The notes beneath the pieces are model-generated. The model ran no database searches. It was not told the origin of the DNA and was given only the letters and a program-made list of their open reading frames with translations. Position numbers and translations under genes: made by a program. A stretch of 64,000 nt of DNA from an uncultured delta proteobacterium. Its GTDB lineage: Bacteria > Desulfobacterota > Syntrophorhabdia > Syntrophorhabdales > WCHB1-27. Of the stretch, positions 1-11,298 are shown one piece after another. Numbering within the stretch: the first letter of the stretch is position 1; each line of letters starts with the position of its first letter. The stretch lies in the NCBI GenBank assembly GCA_963810935.1, contig CAWEPK010000008.1, forward strand, positions 1 to 64,000, in the 5' to 3' direction.

Positions 1-5
1 ACCCC

Positions 6-1313
6 GTGAAATACGTGATCGTCAACGCGGACGAGGGCGACCCCGGCGCCTACATGGACAGGAGCTTGCTCGAAGGCAACCCGCATGCGGTGCTTGAGGG
101 CCTGACCCTGGGGGCTTATGCGATAGGCGCCCACGAGGGCTACATATACGTCCGCCAGGAATACCCCCTCGCTGTCGAAAACGTCAACATGGCCATAAAG
201 ACGGCGGAAGAAATGGGCCTCCAGGGCAAGAACATCCTGGGTTCCGGCTTCGACTTCGTCGTCAAGGTACACAGGGGCGCAGGCGCCTTTGTTTGCGGCG
301 AATCGACCGCCCTCATGACCGCCATCGAAGGCAGGGCGGGAGAGCCCAGGCCCAAGTATATCCGGTCCAATATCGTCGGCCTCTGGAGCAAGCCGTCCGT
401 CCTCAACAACGTCGAGACGTGGGCCAACGTCCCGCTTATCATCAACAACGGCGCCGACTGGTTCACGCAATACGGCACGGAGACGAGCAAGGGCACCAAG
501 ATATTCTCCCTTGTCGGCAAGATAACGAATACGGGTCTCGTCGAAGTGCCTATGGGCACTCCTCTGAAGGAGATCATTTACGACATAGGCGGCGGCATAC
601 CGAACGGCAAGAAGTTCAAGGCCGTACAGACGGGCGGGCCTTCGGGCGGCTGCCTGCCTGAAGACGCCCTTGACCTGCCAGTCGGCTTCGACGGGCTGAC
701 CAAAGCAGGCTCGATGATGGGCTCCGGCGGCATGATCGTCATGGATGAAGATACCTGCATGGTCGACGTCGCCAGGTACTTCATGGAGTTCCTCACCGAC
801 GAGTCGTGCGGCAAGTGCGTACCCTGCCGTGAGGGCATGAGGCAGATGCTCAAGCTGCTTACCAATATCACCAAGGGCAAAGGCAAGGAAGGCGACGTAG
901 AGACCCTCGAGGCGCTCTCCGAGACTGCCATAGAGGCGGCCCTCTGCGCGCTCGGTAAAAGCTCCCCGAACCCCTTCCTCTCAACGCTTAAATACTTCAG
1001 GGACGAGTACGAGGCGCACGTTAAAGAGAAGCGCTGCCCCGCCTTGTCGTGCAAGGAGCTTATCAACTTCTACATCGACCCCGCGAAGTGCAACGCCTGC
1101 ACCACCTGCGCCAGGAAATGCCCCTCGGAAGCGATTATAGGGGGGAAGAACCTCATCCATATGGTAGATCAGGAAAAGTGCACGAAATGTGGAACGTGCT
1201 TTGAAGTCTGTCCTCCCAAGTTCCGCGCGGTGACCAAGATATCGGGCGTCCCCGTTCCGCCGCCCCTTACCGAAGAAGCGAGAAAGATAGTCAGGGAGGC
1301 TAAACAGAAATGA
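6..1313 (+). CDS. NuoF/HydB-like NADH- and FMN-binding Fe-S subunit with C-terminal 2x[4Fe-4S] (5'-truncated by the window edge)
   Basis: [22 protein letters not shown] and [12 protein letters not shown] motifs; two CxxCxxCxxxCP motifs. Confidence 0.9.
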   Translation: MKYVIVNADEGDPGAYMDRSLLEGNPHAVLEGLTLGAYAIGAHEGYIYVRQEYPLAVENVNMAIKTAEEMGLQGKNILGSGFDFVVKVHRGAGAFVCGESTALMTAIEGRAGEPRPKYIRSNIVGLWSKPSVLNNVETWANVPLIINNGADWFTQYGTETSKGTKIFSLVGKITNTGLVEVPMGTPLKEIIYDIGGGIPNGKKFKAVQTGGPSGGCLPEDALDLPVGFDGLTKAGSMMGSGGMIVMDEDTCMVDVARYFMEFLTDESCGKCVPCREGMRQMLKLLTNITKGKGKEGDVETLEALSETAIEAALCALGKSSPNPFLSTLKYFRDEYEAHVKEKRCPALSCKELINFYIDPAKCNACTTCARKCPSEAIIGGKNLIHMVDQEKCTKCGTCFEVCPPKFRAVTKISGVPVPPPLTEEARKIVREAKQK

Positions 1314-1918
1314 GTGAGATCGTCTTCCAGATCGACGGCAAGGAAGTAAAGGCGACCGAGGGACAGACCGTCCTCGAAGTAGCGCAGGCGAACGGCATAT
1401 CCATCCCGACCCTTTGCTGGCATGAGAAGCTGGAGCCCTTCGGGGCCTGCCGGCTCTGCATAGTCGAGATAGAAATAAAGGGCTGGACCAAGCTCGCCGT
1501 CTCCTGCGTCTATCCTGCCGAGAAGAATATAATAGTGCGCACCCGGTCCGAGAAAGTAGACAGGATACGCAAGATGATCCTGGAGTTGCAGCTTGCACAT
1601 GCGCCCGACGCCTTCATCCTACAGGACTACGCCAGGGAATACGGGGCGGACAAAAACCGCTTCGAGAAGGAGTCTTCTTTCTGCATCCACTGCGGCCTTT
1701 GCATCCGTTACTGCAACGAGGTCAAGAAGGCAAACGCCATCGGCTTCGTGGACAGGGGCATCCGCAAGGAGATAAGCTTCATCCCAGACATAGCGGCCAA
1801 AGAATGTTGGAACTGCAAGGAATGCTTCCCCCTGTGCCCGACCGAGGCCCTACAGGCGGCCTACGTGCTGGTCGAGGCGCTGGCGGGGTTTCCGAAAAGA
1901 AACGGCGCAGGAGAGTAG
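1310..1918 (+). CDS. 2Fe-2S/4Fe-4S protein resembling the NuoG/HydA N-terminus, with no catalytic domain
   Basis: [27 protein letters not shown] and [12 protein letters not shown]; overlaps the upstream stop. Confidence 0.85.
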   Translation: MSEIVFQIDGKEVKATEGQTVLEVAQANGISIPTLCWHEKLEPFGACRLCIVEIEIKGWTKLAVSCVYPAEKNIIVRTRSEKVDRIRKMILELQLAHAPDAFILQDYAREYGADKNRFEKESSFCIHCGLCIRYCNEVKKANAIGFVDRGIRKEISFIPDIAAKECWNCKECFPLCPTEALQAAYVLVEALAGFPKRNGAGE

Positions 1919-1975
1919 GACGGGAAGGGTTGCCGCTGACGTGGCAGGGTCCGGGGAGGAGAGGCCCCGGATAAG

Positions 1976-2407
1976 ATGAAAGTCATAGTCGTCGCAGGCG
2001 CCCGGTCCAAAATCGGCAAGACACACCTTGCCAGGGCGCTGTGCAACCTCCTTCCGGGCGCAGTCCGCATCAAAATCGGCCATCACGAGCGGAAGAAGAA
2101 CGCCGTCGATGACGGCTACCTGTATCCGATGGGCACGGGTTTTGCCCGCATCGCCTCCGACCACCCCGACGCGGACTTCCTCATAATCGAGAGCAACGGG
2201 ATACTCGAAGAGATCAACCCCGACTGCACTATCTACCTTCCCGCCGACGACCCGAAGCCGTCTGCGGCAATCGCTATGGAGAAGGCCGACATAATCCGGG
2301 GGACGCGCGTTTCCGCCATCACAATCTCTCTTCTGGCGAAGCGCCTGGAGTGCGACGAGTCGCTTGTCGAGGAAATTATAAAACTCTCCAATGCCATGAA
2401 AGAATAA
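1976..2407 (+). CDS. Small hypothetical P-loop protein
   Basis: GARSKIGKT Walker A-like motif and FLIIES Walker B-like motif. Confidence 0.6.
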   Translation: MKVIVVAGARSKIGKTHLARALCNLLPGAVRIKIGHHERKKNAVDDGYLYPMGTGFARIASDHPDADFLIIESNGILEEINPDCTIYLPADDPKPSAAIAMEKADIIRGTRVSAITISLLAKRLECDESLVEEIIKLSNAMKE

Positions 2408-2421
2408 TGCCGCTTGCTGCT

Positions 2422-3468
2422 TTACTCCAGATAGCCCTTTTGCGGCATAAGGTCAAGCTGCGTAAGGACATCGCCTGTCGCTGCGATCATCTCTTGCGGT
2501 ATGCGGACCCCGGCATGGAGCATCGGGCCTTCCTTCTTGCGTGCCGACGGCCCGAATGCAAAGAAGTGGTCTATCGCCTTATTCGCGTTCGTGAATGCGT
2601 TGCCGCCGGCCATGTCCTGCACCGTTGCGAAGACCCGGTCGAACGCGAAAGTCACTTTTTCGGACGCCTCTGCCGCCGCAGATAAGCGCCCGCCTGTCGC
2701 GGCCTCGACAATGGCCGATAGTTTTTCGGCGAAGCAGTTGGCCGTGCTCAGGAGGAACCCATCGTAAGGGCCGCCCCCTTCCTTAAGCCAGCCCGCATAG
2801 CTCCCTTCGGCCCCCCGCGTAAGGAAGACCCCGCCGCTGTCGACGCCCGATAAGGCCACTGCGTCGCTCCCGCTCGTGTCTTTGAAGAAGACCAGATTCG
2901 GATATTTCTTTACGAGGCCGGCGAAGGTCTCCGGCGCTACCTCGTTCTCCGTCACCTGCGGGAGCTGGTAAAGGGCGGTAGGCAAACCCTTATCGAGGAC
3001 TGCGGAGAGTCCGGCCGCAATATCATCCTGAGTGAGCGCGTTGCCCTTAGGCGGGCAGACTGTGAAAGCGGCGATGCGAGCGGCCGCGAGGTATTCGGCT
3101 TTCTCTTTCTTCCCGGTTATCGCCGACGCGAGGGCCGCGATCCGGTCGATCTGCTTTAGCATAGAGGCGGCATCCGGCTTGAGCACTCCCGCGAGCAGCG
3201 CAAGGCCATCCTTTTGGGCACGGACAATTGCGAACCTCAAAAGCTGTTCCTCTTCATCATCGCGCAGCTCCCAGCCGTCGCCGGTCGTTCCCGGCACCAG
3301 GTAACCTTTTACCCAGCGGCCGATGTGGCCCAGGTGCGCCGACATGCGGTCAAAATTGATGCGGACCGCATCGTCGTAATGCGTCAGGAGCGGGCACCAC
3401 AGCCTTGGTATCCCCTCCGGAAAAGGCCGTGACATAAGCTCCCTGCGCGTTTCCGTAACATCGCCCAT
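2422..3468 (-). CDS. Dihydrodipicolinate synthase-family aldolase/dehydratase
   Basis: PGTTGDG, LYQLPQVT and FFKDTSG (Schiff-base Lys). Confidence 0.8.
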   Translation of the reverse strand: MGDVTETRRELMSRPFPEGIPRLWCPLLTHYDDAVRINFDRMSAHLGHIGRWVKGYLVPGTTGDGWELRDDEEEQLLRFAIVRAQKDGLALLAGVLKPDAASMLKQIDRIAALASAITGKKEKAEYLAAARIAAFTVCPPKGNALTQDDIAAGLSAVLDKGLPTALYQLPQVTENEVAPETFAGLVKKYPNLVFFKDTSGSDAVALSGVDSGGVFLTRGAEGSYAGWLKEGGGPYDGFLLSTANCFAEKLSAIVEAATGGRLSAAAEASEKVTFAFDRVFATVQDMAGGNAFTNANKAIDHFFAFGPSARKKEGPMLHAGVRIPQEMIAATGDVLTQLDLMPQKGYLE

Positions 3469-3489
3469 CCGAAAACCCTCCCTGCCGCG

Positions 3490-5070
3490 CTACATGCTGA
3501 ACGCTTTTTCCGTGCCGGCGTACTGCTTCCTGAGTTTCGGTTTCTCTATCTTCCCCGTAGGGTTCCTGGGGACTTCCCCGAAAAATACCTTGCGGGGCCG
3601 TTTGTACCTGGGAAGCTTCTCGCAGAATTTGAGAAGCTCCTCTTCTGTCAGCGTCCTGCCGGGCGCGACATCGACGACGACGGCGACGATCTCGCCCAGC
3701 CGCTCGTCCGGTATGCCGATGGCCGCAACGTCTTTGATCGCCTGGTTCGTATGGATGAAGTCCTCGACTTCTACAGGGAAGACGTTCTCGCCGCCCGTAA
3801 TGATAACGTCCTTCGCCCGGTCCACGATATAGATAAATCCGTCCTCATCCTGCCGGGCGATGTCCCCCGTGTAGAGCCAGCCGTCTTTGAGGGCCTTGGC
3901 AGTCGCCTCCGGGTTCTTGTAATATTCGCGCATTACACCGTTGCCCCGGACGACAAGCTCCCCGGGGCCTCCAGCCTCCACGTCCTTGCCCGACGCATCC
4001 ACGATGCGCGCGTCCCAGTTGAAGCCGGGCCGCCCGATTGCGCCCACCTTGTGGATATTTTCGAGTCCCAGATGGACGACGTTGGGGCCCGTCGCCTCGC
4101 TCAGCCCGTAAGTCGTATCATAGGCCATGTCCGGGAAATATTTCTTCCAGTGGATGATGAGCGCCGGCGGGACGGGCTGCGCGCCTATGTGCATGAGGCG
4201 CCACTGGGAGATCCTGTAGTCGGAAAGCTTCAGCTCTCCGCTGTCGAGCTTGAGCAGTATGTCCTGCGCCCAGGGCACGAGCAGCCAGACGATGGTGCCC
4301 CCTTCCTCGCTCACCGCCTCCAGCACCCACTGGGGCGACGCGCCTTTCAGGAGCACCGATGGCGCCCCCACTATGAGGCTGCCGAACCAGTGCATCTTCG
4401 CGCCCGTATGATAAAGGGGAGGGATGCAGATAAAAATGTCCTTCTTTGTCTGGAAATGGTGCAGGTTCTCCGTGATGCAGGCGTTCGCCATGTTGCGATG
4501 GGTCAGGAGAATGGGCTTTGGCTGGCCCGTAGTGCCGGACGTGAAGTAAAGCCCGCACGGGTCGTCGAACGCTATGTGGACGCCGGCCGGCGTTGACGGA
4601 GATGCGCCAAGCAGCTTTGAGAAACTCTCAGCGTACGGCGGGCAGTTGTCCCCCGCGCAGATAAAGTGCTTTACCGAAGCGAGCTTTTCCTTTATCGGAT
4701 CGATCCTGTCGGCGAACTCGCCGCCGAAGATGAGAATATCCGGCTCTGCGACGTCCGCGCAATATTTTATATCGTCGCTGGTGAACCTGAAATTAAGGGG
4801 GACGACCCATGCCCCGGTGCGGACGATGCCGAAATAGGCGATGAGCCACTCGATGGAGTTATTCATCAGGTGCATCACCTTGTCGCCCTTGCGGATGCCC
4901 CTGGCAATGAGCGCGTTGGAGAATGCGTTAGCCCGCTCATCGAATTCGCGCCACGTAATGGTCAGCCGTTTTCTGTCCTGAGGGCTCCTTTCGACCAGGG
5001 CGATATCGTCCGGGTACATCCTGCCGTTCCTTGCAAGCATCTCACCGATATGCACGTCAATGTCACCCAT
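3490..5070 (-). CDS. Acyl-CoA synthetase (AMP-forming, class I adenylate-forming enzyme)
   Basis: YFTSGTTGQPK, YGLSEA, YTGDIA and RNPTGKI. Confidence 0.9.
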   Translation of the reverse strand: MGDIDVHIGEMLARNGRMYPDDIALVERSPQDRKRLTITWREFDERANAFSNALIARGIRKGDKVMHLMNNSIEWLIAYFGIVRTGAWVVPLNFRFTSDDIKYCADVAEPDILIFGGEFADRIDPIKEKLASVKHFICAGDNCPPYAESFSKLLGASPSTPAGVHIAFDDPCGLYFTSGTTGQPKPILLTHRNMANACITENLHHFQTKKDIFICIPPLYHTGAKMHWFGSLIVGAPSVLLKGASPQWVLEAVSEEGGTIVWLLVPWAQDILLKLDSGELKLSDYRISQWRLMHIGAQPVPPALIIHWKKYFPDMAYDTTYGLSEATGPNVVHLGLENIHKVGAIGRPGFNWDARIVDASGKDVEAGGPGELVVRGNGVMREYYKNPEATAKALKDGWLYTGDIARQDEDGFIYIVDRAKDVIITGGENVFPVEVEDFIHTNQAIKDVAAIGIPDERLGEIVAVVVDVAPGRTLTEEELLKFCEKLPRYKRPRKVFFGEVPRNPTGKIEKPKLRKQYAGTEKAFSM

Positions 5071-5300
5071 ATTCCCCCCTTTTTGGCCCGCGCCCTAATT
5101 TATCTTGGCTTTGCCTACCCGATGGTATTATACATAAATAAGCCGCCCTTGTGAACGGTTCTCGGGCTCGGGCCGTGCAAGAAATAACGCGTGTGTTGCG
5201 GGGATTTTTATGAAGGAAGTCGATCTATCGTCCGCCCGGCCTTATCTTCCGGTCCGATATTGCCGAACATATTATCATGCACATGCTCAAGGAGAGGAGA

Positions 5301-7805
5301 ATGGCCCAGAAATCGGAAAACGGGGCGAAAGTCACGCCGCTGACCATAAACGAGGTTAAGCCCGGCTGGTCCGGGGACGACGACCGGTACGCCAAGTCCC
5401 TCGTCAACCACCTCACCCTAGGCCTTGCCAAGGACATGTATTCGGCGACAGCCAAGGACAAGTTCAACGCGGTCATCCTCTCGGTGCGGACGGCCATGAT
5501 CCGCGACTGGATCAGCACGCAGCAGCAGTATTACCTGACCGATGCGAAGCGCGTCTATTACCTCTCGATGGAGTTCCTCCTCGGGCGGCTCCTCAATTCT
5601 TACCTGATCAACCTGGGCCTTACGGAGCAATACCGCCAGGCCCTGGGCGTCCTGGACATAGAGTTCGAAGAGGTGCTCGATAACGAATGGGACGCGGCGC
5701 TGGGCAACGGCGGCCTGGGCAGGCTCGCCGCCTGCTACCTCGACTCGATGGCGACGCTGCGGTATCCCTGTTACGGATACGGCATCCGCTACGAATACGG
5801 TATATTCAGCCAGAGGATCAAGGACGGCTACCAGTCGGAAGCGCCCGACAACTGGCTCCGCTACGGCAATTTCTGGGAATTTCCCAGGGCCGAGCTGCTC
5901 TACCCGGTCCGGTTTTACGGCCGCGTCGAGAATTACTCGGGCTCCGACGGCCGACAGAAGTCGGCATGGATCGACACGGACGAGATATTCGCCATGGCGT
6001 ACGACTACCCGGTACCGGGGTACAGGAACGGCTTCGTCAATACCCTACGCCTCTGGGCCGCCAAATCGACGCGCGACTTCAACCTGGATTACTTCAACAG
6101 CGGCGACTACGTAAAGGCCGTTGAGGACAAGAATAACAGCGAGAACATATCGAAGGTCCTCTACCCGAACGATTACTCCCTGGCCGGCAAGGAGCTGCGC
6201 CTGAAGCAGCAGTATTTCTTCGTAGCGGCCACGCTGGGAGACGTCATCCGCAGATATAAAAAAACGCACGACTCGTGGGTAGGCTTCCCGCAGAAGGTCG
6301 CCATCCAGCTTAACGATACGCATCCTTCGATCGCGATCCCCGAGCTTATGCGCAAGTTCGTCGATGAAGAGGGCCTGGAATGGGATGACGCCTGGGCCAT
6401 CGCATCGCGCACCTTCGGCTACACGAACCATACGGTGCTGCCCGAGGCGCTGGAGACGTGGTCCGAGGACCTGATCGGCCATCTGCTCCCCCGCCACCTG
6501 CAAATCGTCCGGGAGATCGACAGGCGCCTTCTTATTCAGGTGTCGCGCCGGTTCCCGAACGAGCCGGGGCGTCGTGAGAAGACGGCCATCATCACGGGCG
6601 GCTGCGGCGGCGTGGTCCACATGGCAAGGCTCGCCATCGTCGGCAGCCACGCGACGAACGGGGTCTCGCGCCTCCATTCCGAGATACTCAAGGCGGACGT
6701 CTTCAACGATTTTTACCTGATGTATCCCGAGCGATTCCATAACGTGACGAACGGCATAACTTACAGACGGTGGCTCATGGAGGCCAACCCCCGGCTCGCG
6801 GACCTGATAACGGAGGCCATAGGCGTTGGATGGACAAAGGACCTGGAGCAGTTGCGCGCCCTGGAGCCCTTCGCTTCCGACGGGAGTTTTTGCGACTCCT
6901 TCGGGCAGATAAAGCAAAAGAACAAGGAGAGGCTTGCCGAGCACCTGGAGACCACGGAAAAGATCAAAATGGAGCCGGCGCTTTTCCTGGACTGCCAGGC
7001 GAAGCGGTTCCACGAATATAAACGGCAGCTCCTCAACGTCTTCCACGCGATAACGCTCTATAACAGGCTCGTCGAGGGCAGGGAGGGCGACTCCTTCGTG
7101 CCGAGGACGATCCTTTTCTCCGGCAAATCTGCGCCTGCTTATCTTATCTGCAAACTGATCATCAAGCTGATCCACAACGTCGCCGACGTGATCGCCGCGC
7201 ATCCTCTCTCAAGAGAGAAGCTGCAAATCGTTTTCGTGCCCAACTACAGCGTGACCCGCGCGCAGTACATCATCCCTGCCGCCGAGCTGTCCGAGCAGAT
7301 ATCGACGGCCGGGTATGAGGCGTCCGGCACGGGCAACATGAAGTTCATGCTCAACGGGGCGCTCACGCTGGGGACGCTCGACGGCGCCAACATCGAGATG
7401 CTTGCAGAGGTGGGGGAAGAGAACTTCTTCCGCTTCGGCCTCGACGCCTGCGGTGTGCAGGCGCTAGGCCCGTGCTACAACCCGGAGAAATACATACAGG
7501 AGAATGAGGAGCTTAAGCGCGTCATCGCGCAGCTTAGGGGCGGCTATTTCTCTGCCGAAGACCCCGCCCTGTTTTACCCCATACTCGACAGCCTGAAAGG
7601 CGACCGCTTCTTCGTGCTTGCCGACTATGCAGCCTACGTGGAATGCCAGGAGAGGGTGTCGAGGGCCTACCAGGACCGCGAGGAATGGACCAGGAAGGCG
7701 GTTATCAACGTGGCGAGGTCGGGAAGGTTTTCCAGCGACCGGGCAGTGGACGAGTACGCGCGGGACATCTGGGACGTCTCCCCGCTGCTGCCGAAGATAG
7801 AGTAG
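5301..7805 (+). CDS. glgP: Glycogen/alpha-glucan phosphorylase
   Basis: LGNGGLGRLAAC and EASGTGNMKF (PLP Lys); SD AAGGAG before ATG 5301. Confidence 0.95.
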   Translation: MAQKSENGAKVTPLTINEVKPGWSGDDDRYAKSLVNHLTLGLAKDMYSATAKDKFNAVILSVRTAMIRDWISTQQQYYLTDAKRVYYLSMEFLLGRLLNSYLINLGLTEQYRQALGVLDIEFEEVLDNEWDAALGNGGLGRLAACYLDSMATLRYPCYGYGIRYEYGIFSQRIKDGYQSEAPDNWLRYGNFWEFPRAELLYPVRFYGRVENYSGSDGRQKSAWIDTDEIFAMAYDYPVPGYRNGFVNTLRLWAAKSTRDFNLDYFNSGDYVKAVEDKNNSENISKVLYPNDYSLAGKELRLKQQYFFVAATLGDVIRRYKKTHDSWVGFPQKVAIQLNDTHPSIAIPELMRKFVDEEGLEWDDAWAIASRTFGYTNHTVLPEALETWSEDLIGHLLPRHLQIVREIDRRLLIQVSRRFPNEPGRREKTAIITGGCGGVVHMARLAIVGSHATNGVSRLHSEILKADVFNDFYLMYPERFHNVTNGITYRRWLMEANPRLADLITEAIGVGWTKDLEQLRALEPFASDGSFCDSFGQIKQKNKERLAEHLETTEKIKMEPALFLDCQAKRFHEYKRQLLNVFHAITLYNRLVEGREGDSFVPRTILFSGKSAPAYLICKLIIKLIHNVADVIAAHPLSREKLQIVFVPNYSVTRAQYIIPAAELSEQISTAGYEASGTGNMKFMLNGALTLGTLDGANIEMLAEVGEENFFRFGLDACGVQALGPCYNPEKYIQENEELKRVIAQLRGGYFSAEDPALFYPILDSLKGDRFFVLADYAAYVECQERVSRAYQDREEWTRKAVINVARSGRFSSDRAVDEYARDIWDVSPLLPKIE

Positions 7806-7978
7806 CAAGCCGCAGCCTCCGCACATTTCGACGTAATCCACGCCCGTTCTTTCCCGCGTACATCGGCCTTCGCCGAGCATGCCCTTAAGTGTTTCTAAAA
7901 ACAGACGAAAAGATTATCAACGCGGTGACGTTGGGGAGCGCAGCCGGCGACCGCAAATCAGCTTGGGGGCAAAAATAC

Positions 7979-8446
7979 GTGAAAACAATCGTTGCTATAC
8001 CGATGATATGCGCAGTGGTTATCGGTCTTTTGCTGACAGGAGCGGAGGGCGTTTCTAACGCGGGCAGCACTCCCGCCCAGGCGAAGGCCATGGTCGAAAA
8101 AGCAATCGCGTACTACAAAGCAAACGGCAGAGACGGCTCGCTGGCCGAGATAAGTAACTCCAAGGGCCGGTTCGTAAAGGACGACCTCTACGTCTTCGTC
8201 TACGACATGAAGGGGAAGTGCGTGGCCCACGGGTTCAATCAAAAGCTGGTCGGCATCGACCTCGCGGACATGAGGGACCCCGACGGCACGTATTACGTCA
8301 AAGAGAGGATAGAGATTGTAAAGGCGAAGGGAAAGGGGTGGCAGGACTATAAATTCTCCAACCCCGTGACGAAAAAGATCGAGCACAAGACCGCTTACGT
8401 GGAGAAGGCAGGCGATCTCATATTCGGATGCGGGGCATATAAGTAG
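7979..8446 (+). CDS. Exported single-Cache domain protein
   Basis: Signal peptide; DLYVFVYD...AHG...DPDG...GWQDY Cache signature; start approximate. Confidence 0.8.
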   Translation: MKTIVAIPMICAVVIGLLLTGAEGVSNAGSTPAQAKAMVEKAIAYYKANGRDGSLAEISNSKGRFVKDDLYVFVYDMKGKCVAHGFNQKLVGIDLADMRDPDGTYYVKERIEIVKAKGKGWQDYKFSNPVTKKIEHKTAYVEKAGDLIFGCGAYK

Positions 8447-8485
8447 CGGCAGAAAGGTGCCCGCCCGATAGACGAGGGGTGTTGC

Positions 8486-10126
8486 ATGAAGCGATATCTC
8501 ATGGGCTTGCGGATGCAGAAAAAACTCTTTTTGCCTCCGGCTTTTGTAACCCTTTGCCTACTGGTCTTCGGCGTAACTGCCTACCTCGGGCTCGCGAGCC
8601 AGCAGTCCGTAATAAAAACGATGTACAACGAGAGCTTTGCCGGGTACAGGACCTCCGCCGAGGTCTCCCACGACATGGCCGACGCCCACGCCGGCATTTA
8701 CCGGCTCCTCGGCTGGGCGAGCGCTCAATACCAGGCGAGTAAGATCGAAGAAGCGGGGGCGCAGCTTAGCCGGACGATAGATAAATCGGTTGAAAACCTG
8801 ACGAAGAAGGCGGAATCGCCCAGAATATCGAAAGCCGAGAGAGACCTGTACCAGGCGTCTCTGGATGCCCTCAAGGAATACCGCACGACCGCATCTACGG
8901 TCATCAGCATGGCGACGGGTGACGCCAACTCCGCAATCATGTTCATGGCGAGCGCGGAGGACAAGTTCCAGAAGATGAGCGGGCAGTTCAAGGAGCTTCT
9001 CAGGTACGACAACGAGAAGAGCAGGGCAAGCTACGAATTTTCTTTAAAGACGTTCACACGGGTCGCGGAGGTCTGCGGAGCGGTGCTCTGCGCCGGCCTC
9101 GTACTCTCCTGGCTCCTTACGATCTTCATGGCGAGGTTGATACTCGATCCCATCAAAAGAATGGTCGAGACCATCGAGGAAATATCGAAAGGCGACCTGA
9201 CGAAGCGCGTAGACGCCGACTGCAGGGACGAGATAGGCGACATGGCCCGCCACTTCAACAGTTGCACGGAGGGCCTGCGCATGGTGGTAAGCCAGCTTGC
9301 ACAAAGCAGCAAGCAGGTATCGTCGGCCGCCCACCTGCTCGACAAGTCGACCGAGCAGATGACCGCAGGTGTCGAGCAGGCGGCTGTACAGGCAGACTCC
9401 GTCGCAGCCGCGGGTGGGCAGATGTCCCTGACGTCCGCCGACATCTCCCGCAGTTGCGCAGTTGCAGTAACCAACTCCGAGGAGGCCAACAAAGCAGCGG
9501 CTGCCGGTGAGACAGTGGCGCTGGCCGCTATCGCAGTGATGAACCGCATCAACGAGCGGATGGCAGCGTCGGCCGGTATCGTGAAGGACCTGGGCGAGCG
9601 GTCGCAAGAGATCGGGCGCATCGTAGGGCTTATCGACGAGGTGGCGGACCAGACGAACCTGCTGGCGCTCAATGCGGCGATAGAGGCGGCGCGGGCGGGC
9701 GAGCACGGCAGAGGGTTTGCGGTCGTTGCCGACGAGGTCAGAAAGCTCGCAGAGAAGACGAGCCTTGCTACGGGCGAGATCAGCCATACAATACGGGCGA
9801 TGCAGGCGGAGACGAAGAAAGCCGTGTCATCGATGGAAGACGGGGTTGCCGAGGCAGGGAAGGGCAACGTGGAGGCGGCCAAGTCCGGGGAATCGCTGGG
9901 CGATATACGCCGGCAGATAAGTAACGTTACTACGGAGATCAACCAGATAGCAACGGCGTCGGAGGAAGAGACTGCGACGACGAACGAGATAGCAGCGAGC
10001 ATAAAGCAGATATCGAATGTCATGAAGGATACGGCTGCAAGGATACAGGAGAATGCGGCTGCGTCGTCACAGCTCGCAGGGCTCGCGAAGAGCCTGGAGA
10101 GCCTCGTAGGACAGTTCAGGCTGTAG
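8486..10126 (+). CDS. Methyl-accepting chemotaxis protein
   Basis: Two TM segments, HAMP domain, and [36 protein letters not shown]. Confidence 0.95.
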   Translation: MKRYLMGLRMQKKLFLPPAFVTLCLLVFGVTAYLGLASQQSVIKTMYNESFAGYRTSAEVSHDMADAHAGIYRLLGWASAQYQASKIEEAGAQLSRTIDKSVENLTKKAESPRISKAERDLYQASLDALKEYRTTASTVISMATGDANSAIMFMASAEDKFQKMSGQFKELLRYDNEKSRASYEFSLKTFTRVAEVCGAVLCAGLVLSWLLTIFMARLILDPIKRMVETIEEISKGDLTKRVDADCRDEIGDMARHFNSCTEGLRMVVSQLAQSSKQVSSAAHLLDKSTEQMTAGVEQAAVQADSVAAAGGQMSLTSADISRSCAVAVTNSEEANKAAAAGETVALAAIAVMNRINERMAASAGIVKDLGERSQEIGRIVGLIDEVADQTNLLALNAAIEAARAGEHGRGFAVVADEVRKLAEKTSLATGEISHTIRAMQAETKKAVSSMEDGVAEAGKGNVEAAKSGESLGDIRRQISNVTTEINQIATASEEETATTNEIAASIKQISNVMKDTAARIQENAAASSQLAGLAKSLESLVGQFRL

Positions 10127-10180
10127 GCGCGGCCTGCCCGTAAAAGGCCGGGCCGCAGGTTTCGCGCCGGGCCGACGCGC

Positions 10181-11155
10181 CTATGTCTTGAGTAGTATGA
10201 CCACTTTTCCGCCGGCCGCACCGCTCCCGACGTCGACGTACGCCTGCACTGCCTCCGATAGAGAGCACGTCCTTGCGATGTGCGGCGCAGTGAGCCTGCG
10301 GCCGTCGAAATCGGCCATCAGGCCGTCGAGGAGATCGCCCGATGCAATGGTGTCGAGGAGGGCCGTGTTGACGCCAAAAAGAGTGAGCTGCCTCCTGTAA
10401 AAATCGAGCAGGTCGAAGGTGACCCTCCTTTCGCCGACTGCCGTGATGTTTATCTGGCGGCCGTCACGGCCGAGTGAGTTGAGAGACGGCTCGAAAAGCG
10501 GACCTCCGACGCAATCGAAGGCCACGTCCGCGCCGCGTCCGTCCGTAAAATACATGACGCGCTTTGCGACGTCGTCCGTATCGCTCCCCAGGGCAAGGTC
10601 GATGCCGGACAGCCCCGCCTTGTCCGGTGGCTTTTTGTCTACCGCGATGACGCGCGCGGCCTTCGTTTTCGCCATCTTGATTACGGAGCTTCCCACGCCG
10701 CCGCTCGCCCCGGTCACAAGCACCGTCTCGCCTTCTTTAAGTGCGGCCTTCTTTATGAGGCCGAGGTAGGCGGTAATGTAATTCGTGCCGACGCTGGCTG
10801 CTTCCTCCATCGAAAGAGACGACGGCTTGCGGCGCGCGCCCTTTTTCGGGACCACTATATATTCGGCGTGGCTGCCGTCCCTGGTGAAGCCGATGTCTCC
10901 CCCTGACGCCCACACGTGCACCCCTTTCATCGCGTCGTCGCCTGCCACAACGACCCCGGCGAGGTCGCGGCCTGGAATGCGGGGTAGCTTCGTCTGGGGG
11001 AAACTTCCCTGGACGTTCTTTACGTCGGCAGGGTTAATAGATGCGGCATGTACTTCTATCAGCACCTCGCCGGGACCGGGCGAGGGTGTGGGTACTTCCA
11101 CCACGCGCAGCACGCTCTTTATATCTCCGAAGTTTTCGAATCGCAGGGCCTTCAT
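10181..11155 (-). CDS. MDR-family NADPH:quinone oxidoreductase
   Basis: ASINPAD, PRIPGRDLAG and VLVTGASGGVG. Confidence 0.85.
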   Translation of the reverse strand: MKALRFENFGDIKSVLRVVEVPTPSPGPGEVLIEVHAASINPADVKNVQGSFPQTKLPRIPGRDLAGVVVAGDDAMKGVHVWASGGDIGFTRDGSHAEYIVVPKKGARRKPSSLSMEEAASVGTNYITAYLGLIKKAALKEGETVLVTGASGGVGSSVIKMAKTKAARVIAVDKKPPDKAGLSGIDLALGSDTDDVAKRVMYFTDGRGADVAFDCVGGPLFEPSLNSLGRDGRQINITAVGERRVTFDLLDFYRRQLTLFGVNTALLDTIASGDLLDGLMADFDGRRLTAPHIARTCSLSEAVQAYVDVGSGAAGGKVVILLKT

Positions 11156-11227
11156 ATGTCATCCCTCCATGGGGCAAATTTAAGTAGGGGCGCACGATCG
11201 CGCAAGGGCACTCTCCGCACAAATTAC

Positions 11228-11261
11228 TTGACTATCGTAGTATCGGGTGTTATATAGCGAT
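11228..11261 (+). promoter_or_regulatory. sigma70 promoter overlapped by a ModE-type operator
   Basis: TTGACT-N17-TATATA; ATCGTAGTATC-N6-TATATAGCGAT (11234-11261) resembles the ModE box; lies upstream of modA. Confidence 0.7.
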
Positions 11262-11298
11262 GAAAGGCGAAAGACGAAACGCCTACAGGGAGGAAACA

